Source: Pseudomonadota bacterium (GTDB taxonomy: Bacteria; Bdellovibrionota_F; JAHFAK01; JBDREC01). Taken from it: a DNA stretch of 54,499 nt. The notes beneath the pieces were generated by a model. It saw only the letters and a list, made by a program, of their open reading frames with translations, was not told the origin of the DNA and did not search any database. Location of the stretch: NCBI GenBank assembly GCA_043820105.1, contig JBDREC010000042.1, positions 1 through 54,499 on the forward strand. The letters are read 5' to 3'. The position numbers and the translations under genes were made by a program. Within the stretch, counting starts at the first letter, position 1, and every line of letters starts with the position of its first letter. This document shows, one piece after another, positions 50,487 to 54,499 of the stretch.

Positions 50487-50733
50487 GTTTGGCCATACCC
50501 ATTATTTGATATTTTATTTCACCTGTATAAAGAAAAGACATACCCTTAAACTCAAGACCAGTGCCGATTACTCTTTTGGTTTCTTTTGCAAGTTCTTTAT
50601 TGTCTTTGCTAGATGCGATCACAATCCCAGATTCTAGTTCTTCACCAATGTGCTTGGAATTTATAACCGTTACCCACATATCAGGATATTTTGCTTTTAT
50701 CTCATCCCAGGTTAAAAATTTTTCTTCATTCAT
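50467..50733 (-). CDS. Small DUF5678-like protein
   Basis: WDEIKAKYPDMWV...GIVIASS; overlaps the start of the aspartyl protease gene. Confidence 0.65.
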   Translation of the reverse strand: MNEEKFLTWDEIKAKYPDMWVTVINSKHIGEELESGIVIASSKDNKELAKETKRVIGTGLEFKGMSFLYTGEIKYQIMGMAKLERRNV

Positions 50734-50987
50734 GGTTTGGTTCCTTTATTGTAGAGAGTGCAAATATATTACTTTTTAAAAATAATATCAAATAAAATTT
50801 GTCATATTCCCATTTTTTCCAATTCATGTGCGAATTATGTGCGAACTGAAATGTATGTCAGTGTATCTCAGATGTAACAGGATGTAATTAAGTAGCAGGT
50901 TTACTAGAAGCCAACTTGTTAATAATATTAAAATTCACCAACGATTCTAACTCATTGCAAAATCACTCAAAATTTCTAAGCCACGAC

Positions 50988-51094
50988 CTTGAAAACCGTT
51001 GATGGAAACATCCGGGGGTTCGACTGCGGAACATATAACAGAATCCCTTCCTTACCGCAGCGACAAACGAATAGTGCAGTCAATCCTCTCTCCT
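50988..51094 (+). repeat. Duplicated 3' half of tRNA-Ser (att-like) interrupted by a 59-nt insert
   Basis: 50988-51023 is identical to tRNA 48873-48908; 51082-51094 AATCCTCTCTCCT is identical to tRNA 48908-48920. Confidence 0.92.
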
Positions 51095-51200
51095 TAATTC
51101 CGCGCCTGGGGCATCCTTTTTTATTTCATCTGCATCCTTTTTTTTGATTATTTTCCTTCAGGCCCCATTCATATTTCCAACTACTCTGGAGGTTAATGGA

Positions 51201-52295
51201 TTAAGAAAAATCTATAGGCATACCTTCATTTTTTAATTCTTTAAGTATTTTTTCGATAATATTTTTGGGGAACATTTTTAATTCTGCTTGCTTAAATTGA
51301 TATTGGGGCAAATATTTTATGACTAAATTTGCAACTAATATTGCCTGCATATAATCACGTTTCTTTTTAAGATTGTCCCTGTCATCTTGCTTTGATAACC
51401 ATAATTTGTGCAATGCAAACGATCGAGGATCTGGAACAACAATTCTTGCAGGATACCCATCAACACCAATTACTGTTTTTGAAACTTTAGGTGAAGCTAT
51501 TAGCCACTCAATATTCCTGATATGAGCAGCTACAAGATCATTTCTTAAACCCAGACTCTTTCTTTCTTTCTTCCAGGGTGGCCTTGGAATTGGCTTTATT
51601 AAATCAACCATATAACCATCTTTATTTACTGCTCTAAAGCCAAAAGAACGAATAGACCTAAAACTTCTATCAGCTTTTTGAATAATATTTAGTAAGTTTT
51701 TTTTATCTGTAAAATTAGGTAAATGAATGCTCAACAAACTTCTTACATCCCAAAGCAAATCGACATCCTGAGTCGCTGTTATGCTATCTTTAAAATGAAT
51801 TCCTGCCATTTGTTCATATGCATACAGGGAATTACTTCCAATTATAATAAAGCTACTTTCCAAGAAACCTTCTTCTTCAAGAATTCTCAAGATTGAAGTA
51901 ACAATATTTGGAACCCGCCCAAGACCGATTGCTTTACAAAGCCTTGCTTTTGTCTTAAGTTTTTCTTTTAATGATTTATAAGTATTATTAATTTCTTTTT
52001 TATTATTATGAAAAGAGTTATAAATTTTAATGGTTTCTGGTGATTTTGCTCCAAGACTTTTCCCATATCCTCTTCTACCCTTTAATCTGAAGAGATATTC
52101 TTTAGCTCCGGATTTTTTCCATATCATGCTGCCTTTATATTCTTTAAATCTTTTCTTTACGAAAAGATAATTATTATAAAGATCTTCCGTCTCTAAATAG
52201 ATTTTTATTCCATCTGCGTCTATGGCTTTGTATTCTTTGATTATTTCATTCATCAGCCACTCTTTCACATTTGAATGATAACAATGCATAATCAT
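51201..52295 (-). CDS. GSU2403-family nucleotidyltransferase-fold protein
   Basis: IIGSNSLYAYE, ATQDVDLLWD, FRAVNKDGYMVDL and VPDPRSFALHKLWLS motifs; real start may be 52253. Confidence 0.85.
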   Translation of the reverse strand: MIMHCYHSNVKEWLMNEIIKEYKAIDADGIKIYLETEDLYNNYLFVKKRFKEYKGSMIWKKSGAKEYLFRLKGRRGYGKSLGAKSPETIKIYNSFHNNKKEINNTYKSLKEKLKTKARLCKAIGLGRVPNIVTSILRILEEEGFLESSFIIIGSNSLYAYEQMAGIHFKDSITATQDVDLLWDVRSLLSIHLPNFTDKKNLLNIIQKADRSFRSIRSFGFRAVNKDGYMVDLIKPIPRPPWKKERKSLGLRNDLVAAHIRNIEWLIASPKVSKTVIGVDGYPARIVVPDPRSFALHKLWLSKQDDRDNLKKKRDYMQAILVANLVIKYLPQYQFKQAELKMFPKNIIEKILKELKNEGMPIDFS

Positions 52296-52403
52296 ATGTA
52301 TTTATACTTTTTTTCATTCATTTCCATGTCTTTGCGCACAATGAATGAAAATAAGTTAAAAGTCAATCTAAAAATCAAACTCAAAAATAACCTGGGTATT
52401 CCT

Positions 52404-52770
52404 TCATAAAGTCTCAATAAGCTTTACAATCTTCTCAATCTCCACCTTAATCACCCCAGTTTTGTTAATGACCCCCGGTATATTGTAGGTTTTTGCCTCT
52501 TTTATCATTTCCAAATCATTAGCACCTGTAAAAATAATAACTGGTAAATCTGGATATTTTTTTCTTATTAATTTAAGTGTTTCCAAACCACTCAAAATCG
52601 GCATTAATAGATCCAAAAGCACAAAATTCAGGGTTATACTTTTCAATACTAGTTATTGCTTCATCCCCTGATTGTGTAGCAAAAATGGTAAATCCGTAAG
52701 ACTTTATTCTGTTAGTAAGAATATTTATATAGTCTTCATCATCTTCAATTAGTAGAATTTTTTTGGTCAT
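52404..52770 (-). pseudogene. Frameshifted single-domain response regulator (receiver)
   Basis: MTKKILLIEDD...EKYNP in one frame continues as FVLLDLLMP..SGLE..PVIIFTG in another; frameshift near 52630. Confidence 0.8.
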
Positions 52771-52888
52771 TGATATTTCCTTTTTAACTGTTAGGATCAA
52801 TCCTTAATCCTTAATCCTTCTTCCTTCCCCCTACCTCCTCGTATACTGCTCTATTTTCGCTATCAGCATCTTGGGATCGTAGAAAATT

Positions 52889-53203
52889 TTAGGACCTCCG
52901 TACATAGTTTTGTACATAGTTTTTCTTATCGCCAAGAGCCAGACATAATGATTTATTTGCAGCTTCCACTAGAAGTGACTGCAATTTTCTGTTCTTTGCG
53001 AAATAAGGTCTTAGGATCTTTGGTATTGAAAATGTCCAGAATCTATGAGGAACATCTCCCATTACATTATCAATTAGATGATCAGTCCAGATTATGTTTG
53101 CTTTTAAATGGCATGAAGAACAGAAAAGCCTTGTTTTACAAGAAAATGGAACTGCTATATGTGATCCTCGACATTCTTCAATAATTAGTTCAAATCTAAG
53201 TGA
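52889..53203 (-). pseudogene. IS91-family transposase fragment (zinc-binding domain)
   Basis: Manual translation: EECRGSHIAVPFSCKTRLFCSSCH...W...DVPHRFWTFSIPKILRPYF. No start codon and truncated before the HUH/Y2 catalytic domain. Confidence 0.85.
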
Positions 53204-54169
53204 TTAATCAAGTGTCTGATATTCACTGCTGTACTGGCCTCTCTTGTCGCAACTATTAGATAAGCAGCCTGTTGAATATGAATAGCTTTGATAGATCATA
53301 TTATCTCCAAAAAACCACTGTTCAATCATAAAATAAATATTAATATAAACTCCGTCATCTGTTACATCTTGTGTAAAATTGACGGTGCAATAAGAGCTCC
53401 AACAATTAAAAGGATTTGTACTGTTTGAAAGTTGTACTGTTACTTCTTCTGAGGTGTTTGGAAATTGGCTGGAAGACAAAGTTCCTGTGAGAAAAATACC
53501 ACCAAAGCCATCATCGTCATCGTCAGTTACAACTAATGTGGCATTCCAGTTATCGCAAGACGGGCCGTATCCTGCACATGAACCTGCGTCCGGAGATTCA
53601 GTGCAGCTTTCATAACCAAAATTGTCTGAAGCATAAAAAGTTATCTCATGTGTGCCAATGAATGATAATTTTGAAAAAGATTTTTCAGTTGAGGATGATT
53701 TATAATATTGTCCATCATAAGTGGCAGTTGCACTTCCGCTTCCCAAATCACATGAATATGTAAATGTAAATTCATCTTGTGTCAAGGTTCCTGAATATGT
53801 AAAAGTACCTAACTCATCCCCTATTTCAACGCTACCTTCAACTGCTGCAGTGGCAGATGATTTTTCAAAGCTTGTTACACCATTTTCTTTCAAATAATAA
53901 TCACTTGAAAAATTAAAATTATCAGGTGGAATTGGTGCAATTTTCACTCCACCATTTATCGTGTCATCATCTATTTCATCGAAGCTGAAACTTATCATAA
54001 CTTGAGATCCATCATCTAGGGTGATGGGTTCAGAGTGAAATATTCCAGAGATTAGGTTGCTAGAATCTGATGAATTATCTCCATCAAGAAAGCATCCTGA
54101 TAATATTAACAAAAAGAATGGAACATAAATAAAATTTAAAAAACACGATTTTAATATTTTCTTTTTCAC
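53204..54169 (-). CDS. Hypothetical lipoprotein (acidic, Cys-containing)
   Basis: Lipobox LSGC; S/D/T-rich; paired cysteines in the C-terminal half. Confidence 0.7.
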   Translation of the reverse strand: MKKKILKSCFLNFIYVPFFLLILSGCFLDGDNSSDSSNLISGIFHSEPITLDDGSQVMISFSFDEIDDDTINGGVKIAPIPPDNFNFSSDYYLKENGVTSFEKSSATAAVEGSVEIGDELGTFTYSGTLTQDEFTFTYSCDLGSGSATATYDGQYYKSSSTEKSFSKLSFIGTHEITFYASDNFGYESCTESPDAGSCAGYGPSCDNWNATLVVTDDDDDGFGGIFLTGTLSSSQFPNTSEEVTVQLSNSTNPFNCWSSYCTVNFTQDVTDDGVYINIYFMIEQWFFGDNMIYQSYSYSTGCLSNSCDKRGQYSSEYQTLD

Positions 54170-54499
54170 AATTCCCCCATAACAATATATATGATTTTAA
54201 TTGTAATATTTTGCAATTTGATTTGATAAATATCAATTGAAAATAAAAACTAGTATTCTTAAGAGCTAATTGCTATTAATATATCTTGATTCTTATATTA
54301 TTATGCCTTGTTTTTTTAATATTACCTAAATTAGGCGATTTTATTTTGGCTGCATAACAAATAGGCATAAAAGTTAAAAAAAGATGTTAATCGATGAGAA
54401 TTTTTCATTAGAGCAATAATTATTCAAAAGCCGGCAATCAATTTTTTAAACTTTCCCTGAAAATTTAAAAAAGCGTTAATTTTAGGTGCACCTTTCCTA

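Larger units (their letters stand above)
48873..51094. mobile_element. tRNA-Ser-anchored genomic islet (no integrase)
   Basis: Bounded by a 36-bp direct repeat (48873-48908 = 50988-51023) starting at the anticodon loop; accessory cargo inside. Confidence 0.7.

Noticed and set aside
50988-51094. Second functional tRNA-Ser
   Set aside because: It lacks the 5' half (acceptor 5' strand, D-arm) and the final CCG; it is a fragment only.
52948-53184. 78 aa plus-strand ORF
   Set aside because: It is the shadow of the IS91 fragment on the opposite strand.

Overview
AT-rich bacterial chromosomal segment. Gene content suggests a former-Deltaproteobacteria lineage (Bdellovibrionota/Myxococcota/Desulfobacterota-like); this is inference. 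Most of it is housekeeping and envelope genes: ileS (type 2, GVHH motif), pyrE, MetH-like, ftsEX-envC, ribA, mreB, lgt, nadC, tldD/pmbA, uppP, an alanine/glycine symporter, a rhomboid protease and divergent NuoH/NuoI/NuoG-like genes. A type IVa pilus region (prepilins, XRE-HTH, pilMNOPQ, two lipoproteins, TPR/SgmX-like protein) has pilB located separately. There are two tRNAs, Val-GAC and Ser-TGA. An accessory zone follows tRNA-Ser: a ~2 kb integrase-less islet closed by a duplicated tRNA 3' half with a 59-nt T-loop insert, a GSU2403-type nucleotidyltransferase, a frameshifted receiver gene and an IS91 transposase remnant missed by the ORF track. The most striking unexplained pattern is a set of more than a dozen intergenic heptamer tandem arrays of several different units. 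They abut start or stop codons and often occur as paired GT-rich then CA-rich tracts. Three GTAG-type REP palindromes and a toxin-less YD-repeat protein resembling Bdellovibrio Bd0109, directly upstream of mreB, also stand out. No CRISPR array was seen.
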